Source: Octopus vulgaris
Lineage: Eukaryota
Direction of reading: 5' to 3'
NCBI GenBank assembly: GCA_951406725.2
Contig: OX597827.1
Location: 35,836,001 to 35,900,000, forward strand
Length of the DNA: 64,000 nt
Of the stretch, positions 13,261 through 25,379 are shown one piece after another. Numbering within the stretch: the stretch's first letter is position 1; every line of letters starts with the position of its first letter. The notes beneath the pieces are model-generated. The model was not told the origin of the DNA. It saw only the letters and a list, made by a program, of their open reading frames with translations, and did not search any database. The translations under genes were made by a program, and so were the position numbers.

Positions 13261-13672
13261 GGATCTTTTCGGTTTGAACGGCAGTTTTTAACATAATTTC
13301 TAGGTAACTAAAAAATTTTAAACTTCATATACTGGTAGAATGTGTTTATAAAACATCTTTTTCTCTTGGCTTTATTGAGAAAATTCTATAGTTTGTAAGA
13401 TATTTGTTGTTTTTATTCTTCAATTTCTGCAATTTCAACCAATCACTGACGTCTATTGAGGTAAAAAAAACATTCTGTGCCGTATGAATATGTCCCTTGT
13501 GTAAGGAACAGATTGGGTTTATTTACATTTGTGAAGAAAAAAAGGTACCCTTCCCCCCACCTCTAACCCTAAAACAGATTGAAATGCAATAGATCGATAC
13601 TAGGGTCATAATTATGGGTGACATTTTCATATGACACCGCTAGAAAAAACTGCCGTTCAAACTGAAAAGTCC
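13261..13672 (+). mobile_element. ~410 bp MITE with GG...CC ends and perfect 8-bp TSD
   Basis: TIR ggatcttttcggtttgaacggcagtttt / aaaactgccgttcaaactgaaaagtcc; TSD AGTTCTTG at 13253-13260 and 13673-13680. Confidence 0.9.
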
Positions 13673-13757
13673 AGTTCTTGCAGATTTTTTTATCCTCATC
13701 TTGGGAGGTGTGTGTATGCTGAGTATACCTCAATCTAAGAGTGTCCTCAGTAAGGTT

Positions 13758-14920
13758 TATGAGGGTCAGCTGAAAAGTTTTTTGACTGATCAAGATACTC
13801 TCATGGAATGTGACCAAATTAGGTTTATTTTACAACTTAGTCCCCCATTGTGGTTCGCTTCTTCCATTGGTGTTGTAGTGCTTAGATCCCATTGGTGAAG
13901 GAGCTTTCATCCTGCTGGTCAAATAAGTTATCAACAGTAGATATGACATCATCATCACTGCAATATTGGTTCCCAAGTAATTTTCATTTTGGGGAATAGA
14001 TGAATGTCAGGTGGGGCCAAATCAGAAGAATAGGGAAACTGATCAACCAATTCAAAGCTACAGTCACATACAGCAGCCATTGAAACCATTGATGTCTGCA
14101 GCATTATCCTAATGGAACAAAACCTCTTTCATAAATGCCTTAGAAAATTGGCATAGTACTTTACATTGCACATGTGGCCCTTTTGAAAATAGTCAATAAA
14201 CACAATGCCTTGTATATCCCAAAACACTGAGGCCATCACCTTCCCTGCTGATGAAACAACTTTGGCCTTCTATGGAGCATATCATGAGGTGTCTTTCCAC
14301 TGCATGGATTGTCTCTTTATCTCTGGTTCAAAGTGCTAAACCCAACAGTCATCCTGGGTTAGGAAATGCTCAAGGAAAGCAGCTGGATTTACCTCAAACA
14401 GTATCAGATTTTCCCATGATATGATCAGCCTGGTGCACTTTTGATCAAGTGTCAGAAGACATGGCACCCACTGAGTAGAAACCTTCATCAAGTGAAGTTC
14501 ATTGTGCAGAATAGTCTCAACTCTCTCACAAGATATGCCAATAGCACTGGTGAACACAATCCAGGTTTTCTTCAGTGGTTGCAGTTGCAGGAAGACCAGA
14601 CCATGGGTCATCTTCAAGAATCTCCCTTTCCCTCCTGTATTCATCTGCCCACTCTTGTACAGTTTATAAACTGGAGTGTCATCCCCTTATGTAGCCACCA
14701 TGTCAGCATGAATGTTCTTGGAGGCCAAACCCTTTTTCTGCAGGTTCTTGATAACATGATGATGCCATATTTTGTCCACTTTCAAGAGAGGTTGCTATTA
14801 GTTTTGAAATCTTCTTTTAAGAGTCACATGTCAGTTTACCTAAAAAGAAACAATGCAGTTATTTATAAGAATAGTTGAAATTTATGCAAGCAAGATTTCA
14901 CAGCTCTAGCATCTCTCCTT
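13758..14920 (-). mobile_element. mariner transposon remnant
   Basis: KVSTQWVPCLLT (WVPxxL) and FLTQDDCWV motifs; mariner-type end ta-tgagggtcagctgaaaagtt at 13758. Confidence 0.8.
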
Positions 14921-14923
14921 AGT

Positions 14924-15098
14924 CATTGCACATGTGGCCCTTTTGAAAATAGTCAATAAACACAATGCCTTGTATATCCCAAAACACTGAGGCCATCACC
15001 TTCCCTGCTGATGAAACAACTTTGGCCTTCTATGGAGCATATCATGAGGTGTCTTTCCACTGCATGGATTGTCTCTTTATCTCTGGTTCAAAGTGCTA
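14924..15098 (+). repeat. 175-bp copy of 14164-14338
   Basis: cattgcacatgtggccc...ttcaaagtgcta repeated at offset 760, no mismatch seen by eye. Confidence 0.95.
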
Positions 15099-15489
15099 GT
15101 ATATAGTATTTTATATTATTGCTATTATTATTACTTGACACTTCAATACAGTAAACAACATATTTTTTTTATAAAGCATTTAATGGGCATGTATCTTTAT
15201 TTAGGCAGTTGCATTGAGGTGAGGGTTCATTTGTAGAAAGAAGGTTTGGTTTTTTTCTATTAATTGTAGCTAAAAAAAAAAGGAGGAAATTGTCCATGCA
15301 GTTGCTAGGTGGATGATTAAAGTGCTTATTAATATAATGTATGACCTCATTAGGTTTTCTATAGGGGCTGTAGGATCCTAAATTTAGATCCTTTATAATA
15401 TCTAAGAAATTAACTATTCTAGTAATAGTAATAACCATAATTTTGAGGTCAAGGTTTTTAAATATATTTGTTCTGGGACTCCATTGATT

Positions 15490-16192
15490 AGAACAACAAG
15501 GTTTCCAGTTTATCCAATCAACAAAACATCATGCTTGTGAAATTAACGTGCAAGTTGTTGAGCACTCCATAAACACACGTACCCTTAACATCAAAGAGAT
15601 TCAGCGCGACACAGAATGTGAAAGGGCTGATCCTTTGAAATACAAGTACAACTCTTTTATCGGATCTTTTTGGTTTGAACGGCAGTTTTTTCTAGCGGTG
15701 TCAAATGAAATTGTCACCCATAATTATGAACCTAGTATCAATCTATTGCATTTCAATGTTTTGGGGTGGGGGGAAGGGTATTTTTTTTTCTTCACAAATG
15801 TAAATGAACCCAATCTGTTTCTTAAACGAGGGACATATTCATACGGCACAGAATGTTTTTTACCTCAATAGACGTATTTGATTGGCTGAAATTGCAGAAA
15901 TTGAAGAAAAAAACAACAAATATCTTACAAACTATAGAATTTTCTCAATAAAGCCAAGAGAAAAAGATGTTTTATAAACACATTCTACCAGAATACGAAG
16001 TTTAAAATTTTTTAGTTACCTAGAAATTATGTTAAAAACTGCCGTTCAATCCGAAAAGATCCCTTTCATCAGCTAAGTGGACTCGAGCAGTATGAAATAA
16101 GTGTCTTGCTCAAGGACTCAATATGCCACCAGTTATCGAACTCACAACCTTACGATCATGAGCTAAATACTCTAACTACTTAGTCACATGCT
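15490..16192 (-). mobile_element. tRNA-headed CORE-like SINE split by the MITE
   Basis: B-box (atcgaactc) and CORE-like gtcttgctcaagga segment right of the MITE, body left of it. Confidence 0.7.
15662..16062 (-). mobile_element. Second copy of the same MITE, inverted, inserted in a SINE
   Basis: Reverse complement of 13261-13672; TSD CTTTTATC / CTTTCATC. Confidence 0.9.
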
Positions 16193-17489
16193 TTAAATAT
16201 ATTAATTAGGCCTTTCCTAAGGCGGTCCAATTGGTGTCCATTTTGTTACATGTTGGAATAAGACCGTTTTCTCTGTATAATTCTAACTATACATTTAAAA
16301 TTAGAAACTATTTTGTTTAAAACCTATAAGGTTGCTGATTTCTGTTCCATCATAACAGCCCATTGAAAGATCAAACAGTTCTGGTTCATTATGTTTTGCT
16401 CAGAAAGACTTGTCAAAACATAGAAGAGATTTTCCGATATGCGTAATGACATTGATGTCCAGATGTGCTTTGGCAGCACATCTGCAGGCAAAGTTTATCC
16501 TTTTCATTACTGTATTTATCTTGAGATGCTCTGTGTTTCTTTCAATTAATTATAAACAACAAAGAATTTAGTAAAGTCACTCAGTTATCATGAAGCTAGT
16601 GTTAGGAACATAAATTGTGACTAAGTTTTGGCGGAAGATTTTAATTCAAAACTTATGTAAACAAGACATTTGTACTCGGAGTCAGAGCCAGTTTCAGCTG
16701 GGTTGGTAATGAAAGGGTTAAAGCTTCTAGTAATAGAAGGGTTAGAATCAATAATATCAAATTGAGTAAATTTACAGTTCCTTTCATTGTGTAAATTTCC
16801 AAACCAATTTGTCACTGATGAACTATTCTTCCAGAGGAGAAGATTAGTAGCTTTAATTATTTTATCATTAATGGAGTCTAATATAGTCTTACTAACTCTG
16901 CCTAATTCACATCTGGCAGGGGTTGATAAGTCTAAATTTGGAGTCAGCTAAGTTAGCCATATAATACTTTAGAGTGACATGGTGAGTCCTAGGAGCTAAC
17001 CATTCAACCCTTTCATCTATTTTAGTTTTGACACTAGTTTTTTTTGCTTCAATATTATTATTGTATGTGCTAGTGTTGTTGTTTTTTTATGGTTTAGCTA
17101 ATTGCTAGAGAGGAGTTGATTATACAAATTTTTCTCTACTTCATCAATGTTTTTTGTTTTGTCTGGGAGTACATGCAATTTGTCTGATACATGGAAATGC
17201 TTCAAATCATTTAAGAGTGTGTTGGAAAAATTTCTGAACTTTACCTTTTTAACTATGTTCAGTAGATTGTTTTCAAAGGCCTCCAATTCCTTAATTTGAG
17301 GTGGATACTTTTCTTTGGTGGTATATCCATATTTGAGGTTAGGAAAATTTCCCTGGGTTCCCTTCTCAAAGAAGTATACTTTCCAGCACATACATTTTAT
17401 TAGATGTTCTGTTTTTACAATGAGTTTTTTTAGGTATATTCTCTTTTGTGGTATAGGAATATTCTTCATATATATATATTCTTTTATGT

Positions 17490-17700
17490 TTTTAGTTATT
17501 TCAGTCATTTGACTTCAGCTATAATGGAGCAGTGCCTTAAAGGGTTTTAGTTGAAGAAATCAACCCCAGGACTTATTTTTTGTAAGCCTAGTACTTATTC
17601 TATCATTTTCTTTTGCCAAACCTCTGTTATGGGGATATAAACACACTAGCATCAGTTATCAAGCAATGGCTGGGGGACAAACACAGACACACACACATAA

Positions 17701-17710
<10 letters not shown>
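17490..17710 (-). mobile_element. tRNA-derived SINE 3' part
   Basis: ttcagtcatttgac...ccccaggacttatt...gggggacaaacacagac. Confidence 0.8.
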
Positions 17711-17748
<38 letters not shown>

Positions 17749-17753
<5 letters not shown>

Positions 17754-18110
17754 ATAAATCCTCGTGTATAATCTGCATTTTTTTCCCAAAATTTAAAGGT
17801 CAAAATCCCTAGTGTGTACTATATACGAGGTTAAAAGTGAAAAATATTTTCTAAGCAATGATCAAGTCTCTATTTGCTGTCCGGCAATGTTTATTCAGAC
17901 GCATTTTGTGATGTTAGATGCGAAAATACCTAAGCTAAGCCTGAAAGCAATGAAGTCATAAAAGAATCATCAATAACTTGCAGTAAGCAACATTTATTAA
18001 AATGAAAGTATTCAGAACACAGAATATCATGTAACAAAAGCAATTTGCAAACATTTACATTCCCATATAACAATTAAGAACATCACCATTATTATATTAC
18101 GCATGCGCGG
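17749..18110 (+). mobile_element. Possible Tc1/mariner (Tigger-like) terminal fragment
   Basis: ta-ccataaatcctcgtgtataat start after (TA)n and an internal tatacgagg echo; no right end found. Confidence 0.35.
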
Positions 18111-18149
18111 ACATGTTTGTTTGACTAGATGCTGCTGGCTTAATTACCT

Positions 18150-18480
18150 CTCATCCATATGGTTAAAGCTTCAGTTCCACTGCATGGTACCTTGAGCAGG
18201 TGTCTTCTACTATAACCCCAGGTCAACCAAAGTCTTGTGAGTGGATTTGATTGATGGAGACTGAAAGAAGCCCATTATATATGTGTGTGCGTGTGTCATT
18301 ACATTTATGTTTGCCCCTACCACCACTTGACAATTGGTGTTGGCTTGTTTACAACTCCGTAACTTAGTAGTTCAGCAAGAGAGACCTATAGAATAAGTAC
18401 CAAGCTTGAAAGAAAAAAGTTCTGGGGTTAATTTGTTTGATTAAATTGTTCAAGACAGTTCAGTGACTCACAACTATAAA
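18150..18480 (+). mobile_element. tRNA-derived SINE
   Basis: ttcagttccactgcatggtaccttgagcaggtgtcttctactata...gaaagaagccc. Confidence 0.75.
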
Positions 18481-19261
18481 CCTAGTTCTTCATTCATACT
18501 TTAACTTCTCTTCACACCTCATCTGAAGTTATCACTCTCTTGTTCTCCCTTTCAGTTAAGGAGGCTCTTTAGTCTTGTGAATTACTAGGTATCTTCACTG
18601 GTGCTGTTGGCATGAATAAAATAGCCAGTCCACTCTGTTAAGTGGTTGGTAAAAGCAGAGATATGGTCCTTCTCCTCGTTAAGTCATGTCGTACCATCTG
18701 GGCCATGCCAACATAGGAAGCAGAAGTAAAATTATAAATGATGAATACTCTAAAACAATAACCCTTATTGAATTTTTATAATGGAGCTACACAGCTGCTT
18801 GCATTTAGAAGAAAGGTTGAGAATGATCTGTAGGAACTGCAAAGGGATAAATAGGTGATGAGATATTCAGATGGCCCCTCATGGAACAAGATGTATAGAA
18901 ATAAGAGGGGACAGCAGAACTAGGATTGTAGGTGTAGTGGGAACCATACACCTTTTGTGTATTTGAAAATGTTCCTGCACATAATATTCTGTTGTTTTTT
19001 GTTTGTTTGTTTGGTTTTTTTTTACTTTATTTGGAAGACTATGATAGTTTTGAGAATATACTGTTAATGAAATTAGGTTCAATATCCTTATAGTGTTAGC
19101 ATATGAAAACAAATCTTTAGTGATTTTAATTTTAAAATTAAGTTGTAAGAAGTGTACAGTCAGCATAGATTAGGATCTGTCTAAATATGTACACAAGAAA
19201 ACACACATATATTTCAACTGTAATCTTTATTTATTTTTTTCTTTGCATTTATCCGGTCATT

Positions 19262-19293
19262 TCATAATTTTTTGTTTTTTTGTCTTTTCAAAG
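19262..19293 (+). other. 3' splice acceptor of the coding exon of zinc-finger gene 1
   Basis: T-rich tract tttttgttttttgtcttttcaaag|gttgc. Confidence 0.7.
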
Positions 19294-19440
19294 GTTGCTG
19301 GACATTCTCAACCAGGTGATGTTTTTGCTGTGATTTCAAAATGGGATCTTGCATTCTCTCATCTGTTATTGCATCATTGAACGCTTCAACATCAGAATTC
19401 AACCCAACAGAAACTAAAAGATTATTTCGGTAGTAAGAAT

Positions 19441-20844
19441 ATGGACTCGCTAGCAGCCGACACCCAGCAAATGCCTTGCCCAACTGCAGACTTATCAGTA
19501 ACAGCTTCCCAGAAGCCGTACTCTGGGGTTACTTCCCCTCTAGTATCACCCGATGTTCCAACTTGTTATTCACAGTTACCCCCCTTGCCTGTATTGCCAT
19601 CTGATGGCACTCCACCGGATAACTGCCAAAAATTAAACTCGGGGAACAATTCAAACCGAGTACAAGTGAAAACAGATCCGGGGGAGATGACTAACCCAGA
19701 AAGTACATCGACCAAAAAAAAGTCATCGACAAAAAGCTCTGAAAAACCTTTCAATTGCACCATGTGTGGGCAGCACTTTGCACGTAAAGACACTCTGCAG
19801 TGTCACAAGCGGACACATACTGGCGAGAGACCATACTCTTGCGATTCGTGTCCATTACATTTTGCCCGACGCGATACGCTGCAGTGCCACCGTCGAACTC
19901 ATAGCGGTGAGCGTAGGTTCACTTGTGAAGTGTGCCTGCAGAAGTTTGCTCGCAGGGACACACTCCACTGCCACCAGCGGACTCACAGCGGTGACAAGCC
20001 ATTCAGCTGTGACTTGTGCATTCAGAAATTCGCCCGACGTGACACCCTGCTCTGTCATAGACGAACACATTCTGGTGAGAAACCGTTCGTGTGTCAGTTT
20101 TGCGGGAAAAGGTTTGCACGCACAGACAAGCTGCACCGTCACAAGCGCACCCATCTTCGAGGTAATCCCACCACAACACCTGGCTCTCATTATAATCAGA
20201 ATACAGCATCTAACTTAAGTGCTGGTAACAACCTGCATTGCAACAACAGCAGTTGCAACAGTAGCAACTGCAGCCTTAGTGCTATGCAAGGTCCTTGCAA
20301 TGACAATTGCCTAAATTACAACAATAGTAGCTCAGGTGCAAATACACCATGTACGAGTGCACTCTGTAATAGCTCAATGGGTTGCACCTACCACTGTAAT
20401 GGTAGTGGATGCAATCAGGTAATTCCTGCAAATGTGCAGTGCAATGTATCAGGGTGCAATGGAATTTCATGTAACAGTAACATTTCCAACAGTGTGCCAT
20501 GCTGCCCAAACATGATCAACACAAGCGGTTCTTGTGGAAACAGCAACATGTGCCTCACTTCCAACAGCCCCCAGTGCCATGACAGAAGTTCTGCATCTGT
20601 CAGCACAGACACTACAACTGCCTCTTCTGTGGCACCCACCTCTCTTCCTGCTGCTTCAGGTTGCGGTGGTCAGACCGTCGTGCTTTCCCACCATTCATCA
20701 CAGCCTACAGCTGTAATGACAACTTCAGCAGCTCCAATGTTCACGACCAACTCCACCAACAACCTCACCAGCACAGGAACACTACAGAAACCTGATCGGT
20801 TCCAAGCCAATTCAGCCAACCAAATATGGCAGATATTCTACTGA
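19441..20844 (+). CDS. C2H2 zinc-finger protein, 467 aa, single coding exon: 5 tandem fingers followed by a Cys/Asn/Ser-rich low-complexity tail
   Basis: Uninterrupted 1.4 kb ORF with five C-x2-C-x12-H-x3-H units joined by TGERP/SGERR/SGDKP/SGEKP linkers; polypyrimidine tract + AG acceptor ending 19293 upstream; AATAAA candidates at ~21307 and ~21352. Confidence 0.93.
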   Translation: MDSLAADTQQMPCPTADLSVTASQKPYSGVTSPLVSPDVPTCYSQLPPLPVLPSDGTPPDNCQKLNSGNNSNRVQVKTDPGEMTNPESTSTKKKSSTKSSEKPFNCTMCGQHFARKDTLQCHKRTHTGERPYSCDSCPLHFARRDTLQCHRRTHSGERRFTCEVCLQKFARRDTLHCHQRTHSGDKPFSCDLCIQKFARRDTLLCHRRTHSGEKPFVCQFCGKRFARTDKLHRHKRTHLRGNPTTTPGSHYNQNTASNLSAGNNLHCNNSSCNSSNCSLSAMQGPCNDNCLNYNNSSSGANTPCTSALCNSSMGCTYHCNGSGCNQVIPANVQCNVSGCNGISCNSNISNSVPCCPNMINTSGSCGNSNMCLTSNSPQCHDRSSASVSTDTTTASSVAPTSLPAASGCGGQTVVLSHHSSQPTAVMTTSAAPMFTTNSTNNLTSTGTLQKPDRFQANSANQIWQIFY

Positions 20845-21532
20845 ATAGAGAACCAATTCAAATGTGGTAACTGAACACTTTCAACCTCATCAGATATCAG
20901 ATTGGCTATTCTTCACCTATTACTTGATGCATCAGATACACTTCCTGTTTTGTTTTCAACTGTTGGAATATGGTTTGTGAGCACTGCATGTTCCAGTGTC
21001 TCAAAGGTTTTCAGATCCTGGGGACTGGCAGCAGTGCTACACACCTATTTGCATTTTCTGTTTCTATGCAAATTGGTTCAAAAATCACATGGACGCACGT
21101 GAATATACACATGAGTGTGTGTGTGTATGTTTATATATACATATATGTCTGTGTATGTATATATATAATATTTATAAACATAGCTTAAGTCAGGAAAAAA
21201 AAAGATTTTATTGTGGGATAGAATTTGTTCTTTCTCTCTGCCTTTTGCTCTGCTTATATCTTACATTGTTTACATCATAAGAATTTAGAAACTTCAAGGG
21301 ATATGAAATAAATTGTTTTGTTTGTTTTTTTTCCTTAATGGTCAAACACAAAATAAAGCTATAAATAATAGCCAGTAAATATTGAGTTACAAAGCCCCAT
21401 GGGTAGAAGAAGTCAAAGGCTTCCTTCAGTTTTTTTTTCTATTAGAGGAGTTTTTTAACACAGTATTTATATACTATCATTTATAGCTTTATCTCTTTTG
21501 AGTTCCACCATTCAAAACAATTTATTTATCAT

Positions 21533-21565
<33 letters not shown>

Positions 21566-21592
21566 GTATGTATGTATATATATATATGTATG

Positions 21593-21638
<46 letters not shown>

Positions 21639-22180
21639 CCAGCATTTTATTTATTTTTTTTATTATTTCTTTAAAAACATAGAATGTAACGGTGAAGAAA
21701 ACACTTTTGTATTTTATACCATGAGTCAAGAATACACTAGATTTTATGTTTCCCTATCACTACCACTTCCACCACCCAACTTCATTTCAATTTTATAAAG
21801 TATGCTGTTTTTTTTACCCTTTCTCCCATTTACTTTTAAATTTGAAGAAAAAAAATGAAAAAAAAAAATAACAGGGAAATGTTTTAGTCTCACTAATTGC
21901 ATAACTGTTCAAGCCTGTAATACTGGCCAATATGTGTGTGTGCACACATGCATATTTCATATTATTTATGTGTGTGTGTGTATGTGTATATACATACACA
22001 TAGACACAAGCAGACATGTACATTATATATATATATATGTGTACATTATATATACAAATATATATATATATAGATATATATGTACATTATATATACAAAT
22101 ATATATATATATATACACAAATATATATACAAAGATATATATATACACAAAGATATATATATATATATATATACACAAAG

Positions 22181-22237
<57 letters not shown>

Positions 22238-22669
22238 CACACACACACTCACACATGTGCACACACAAAAAAGATAGGTAGATATATTGGCAATTAAAAT
22301 TTTTAACCCTTCCTTTGCCCTATTGTTTTGTCAAACACACAAATATAAGAATCACCACTCACTGCATATTGTTCCATCAAACAATGTTATCAAACATCTT
22401 CATATGCAGCACAGTGTGCAGTCAGACACTGTTATGAAACTTCAGCCACCCCTGTTGTTCCATCAGACACCATTGTAAACCTTTTCCCCCAACCCCCCAC
22501 TACATTTACTGTACTTTCAAACACCATTATATGAGTAAATAAAAAAAAAATAACAAAACAAAATGACTCCTACTTGTATCGTCAGACATGCTTTAAAAAG
22601 AAAAAGAACTCAAGGTAAAACTCACAATTACAGTGATAATTTGGTGATGGAATTCTGGATTTGTATATA

Positions 22670-22975
22670 TGTATAGCTGTATTGTTAAGAAGCTCACTTT
22701 GTAAAAACCTGATTTCAGGTTCAGTTCTACTGTGTGGCACATTGTACAAGCGTCTACTACAGCATTGGGCCAATTAATGCTCTATGCTTGAATTTGGTTG
22801 ACAGAAACTGTGTGAAAACCTGTCATATGTGTTTGCTTTATCTCCACCCCTGTCCCCATAACTTAGCTGTTCATCAAAGAGACTGATAGAAATAAGTACT
22901 GGAATTGATTTGTTTGATTAAACCTTTTAAGGCAGTTCCCCACCATGTCTGATGACAAACAAGTAAAAAATAAAA
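22670..22975 (+). mobile_element. tRNA-derived SINE (old)
   Basis: A/B box remnants, ggttcagttctactgtgtggcac, same body as other copies. Confidence 0.65.
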
Positions 22976-23555
22976 TATAATTGAGGTTTCAAATTCTGCC
23001 AAAATGGTTTTTGTTGCTTTTGAGGTCCTTTAACTAAATACTGGTCATATATATGGGTTCTGAGATGAAAACTTTAATCATATATTATGTGAGCTGATAA
23101 AATTAGTGGTAATCACAGAATGGTGTTTTGACTAAAGAAACTTGATCTCATCCAATGTGAAGTTGATAAAACCAGTACCAATGATATCATAGGGTTTGAA
23201 GTGAAAATTATTTATATGTGGTGGTTTGCTTTCTCTACTAAACATACATTTATAACTGGCCACTAATGCAGAACTGGCTATTACAACCTCATGGCAATAG
23301 TAACAAGAACAAGACAAAAAATATGTGCCACACAACCATTATAGTAAAGTAGTGTATGCATGAAAATTGTTTTTCTTAAACATGTTTTGAAATAGTAGCC
23401 CTAAATTAAGATATACTTTTGCAAGAAGAGAGATGACTGTGACTTTAAAGTTTAAGCCTGCTGGCCTTAGCAGGTTGAAACTCAGATGTTGTAATAGTGT
23501 ACTCTACAGAAAGTATTGAGTAATCCTTCAATTTAATGTAAAACTATTATAACTT

Positions 23556-23598
<43 letters not shown>

Positions 23599-23600
<2 letters not shown>

Positions 23601-23931
23601 CACATAAAAAGCATCATTTGAGCATTGAGCCTCACAGAGGCCATGACAAATAACTGAGACCTTTGGCAATATGCTATGCTTGAGTAGAAGACTGATCAAG
23701 CCAAGTGAAATCATAGTCGTAGCAGATACTAGTGTCATTCAACTGGCACCCGTGCCAGTGGCATATAAAAGCACCCATTACACTCTTGGAGTAATTGGCA
23801 TTAGGAAAGACACCCAGTCATAGAAACCATGCCAAATCAGACTGGAGTCTGGTGCCACCCTTCATCTTACCAGCCCTGGTCAAACTGTCCACCCCATGCC
23901 AGCATGGACAACAGATGTTAAATGATGATGA
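23599..23931 (+). mobile_element. 5'-truncated RTE 3' end
   Basis: Matches 9600-10152 and ends in atgatgatg. Confidence 0.8.
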
Positions 23932-24389
23932 TATATACATATATATCAAAGCACAGAGAAACAGAACTGTCTAACCTCTTATTAAGCTACTGGACTCATA
24001 TAAACACAGTCCTATTACCATGTCCATAACAGCAGGACAGCAAATATACAGTATTATCACCCTGTTAGTCTTGTCATACTCACATCACTTCATGATTGTC
24101 ATCTTACAGCTGATGAGAGGATATGAGATGAGTGCACATGGTATAGACTAGGAAGCTTGAAGGAGGAGGAGGCAGTTGAGTAAGTAGTGTAGAGACAGCA
24201 TATCTGTAGGCCAAAGGCTGGACTGTTAAACATACATATTTCTATATACCATAGACATCATATTAAGACCATAATCAACCTCACACACAAATATGTGTAT
24301 ATGTCATATGTGAAAATATATACCGAAAGTTACATGCGTGTGATAGTATTTCATGCCATAACTATTAGCTCTGTAAAGTTATCCATTTA

Positions 24390-24620
24390 GTGTTCTATAT
24401 CCATCAAAGGCCATTCACATCTTACATTTTCAAGATTTTGGATTAGTAGTCAGTATCAGTGAGGCACCACTCTACAACAGATGTAACTTATTTTTAGTGT
24501 AGTGTACTGGAGCAATGTGGGAGAAAATGCTTTGCCTATGGACACACGTTACCTGATCTGGGAATTGAACTCACTACCTTATGATTATGAATCCAACAGC
24601 CTAACCACTAGACCATGTGT
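24390..24620 (-). mobile_element. tRNA-headed CORE-like SINE (old)
   Basis: gggaattgaactc B-box and ctaaccactagacc A-box in reverse. Confidence 0.55.
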
Positions 24621-25379
24621 GTTCACTGAAAAGGTAATCTATTAAAGTTGGTTTTCACTCAAAGTTTTAATTATTTCACTTCATGTACATTGCTAATGTC
24701 TTTGACATAAGACATGCAGGTACAAACATTATATGGTTTCATTTCTCCTTCCACTATTAAAACGCTTGTGTGTGAAATCAACATTACATATTGTAATAGT
24801 GGAACGTTTAGCTATCTCTTCCCTTTAACAACCAGTACAAAAGGGGATATCAGTGAATAATAAACTAAATGCCTTCACATTTGGTTTGATGTTTCATTAC
24901 TGTGAACTGAAATCTTGTCAACTTTTGTTGTATTTTACAGGTTGTGACATTGATTCAAGTATGAGTAACATACTTGGATTTGGCCACTTTTTCGTATTAT
25001 CTGCTGGTGGATTAGGCAATGATCCATTCAAATTTGATTTACAAGCAGAGATCATTTCTCATACAGTGATGAGGCACTATTTCTTTGCATTGAGAGGTTA
25101 TAGCTCTGGTAATACAGATGTGATTAGAATGTCTCAGAAAATAATCACAAGACAGATTCTTTAAGCCAAGCAGGAGACCTAAAGGCAAGCTGGTTGGATA
25201 ATATTTATAGTCTGCTGGTGATGCTTGAGAATCCAACCAAAAAGTATGATAGTCACTTCTGATAGGATCCTATGGAGGTGATACCTGGGGGGAGGGGGAC
25301 GAGGACCTTGGGAATAGTGGACAGAGAAAATGGTTGGATGAATTTTTTTTTTTCTGAAGGAAAAGGCTGTGCTGAGGAT

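Larger units (their letters stand above)
15140..17470 (-). mobile_element. Penelope-like element remnant (Naiad-like), internally deleted and interrupted by a SINE and a MITE
   Basis: MKNIPIP..YLKKLI.KTE..IK.M.WK.YFF N-terminus, DKTKN, QFDI, VNFLD..DLN.GSY.PYRKPN..NHPP, CNCx4CPLN. Confidence 0.78.

Noticed and set aside
13261-16062. Composite transposon formed by two inverted MITEs around a mariner transposase
   Set aside because: Each MITE has its own different TSD, so they are independent insertions; mariner uses TA targets
16530-16721. piggyBac-type insertion ending GGG|TTAA
   Set aside because: No matching TTAACCC left end found
19766-20218. Alternative-frame and antisense ORFs over both zinc-finger arrays
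   Set aside because: Expected by-product of C2H2 codon structure; no independent support
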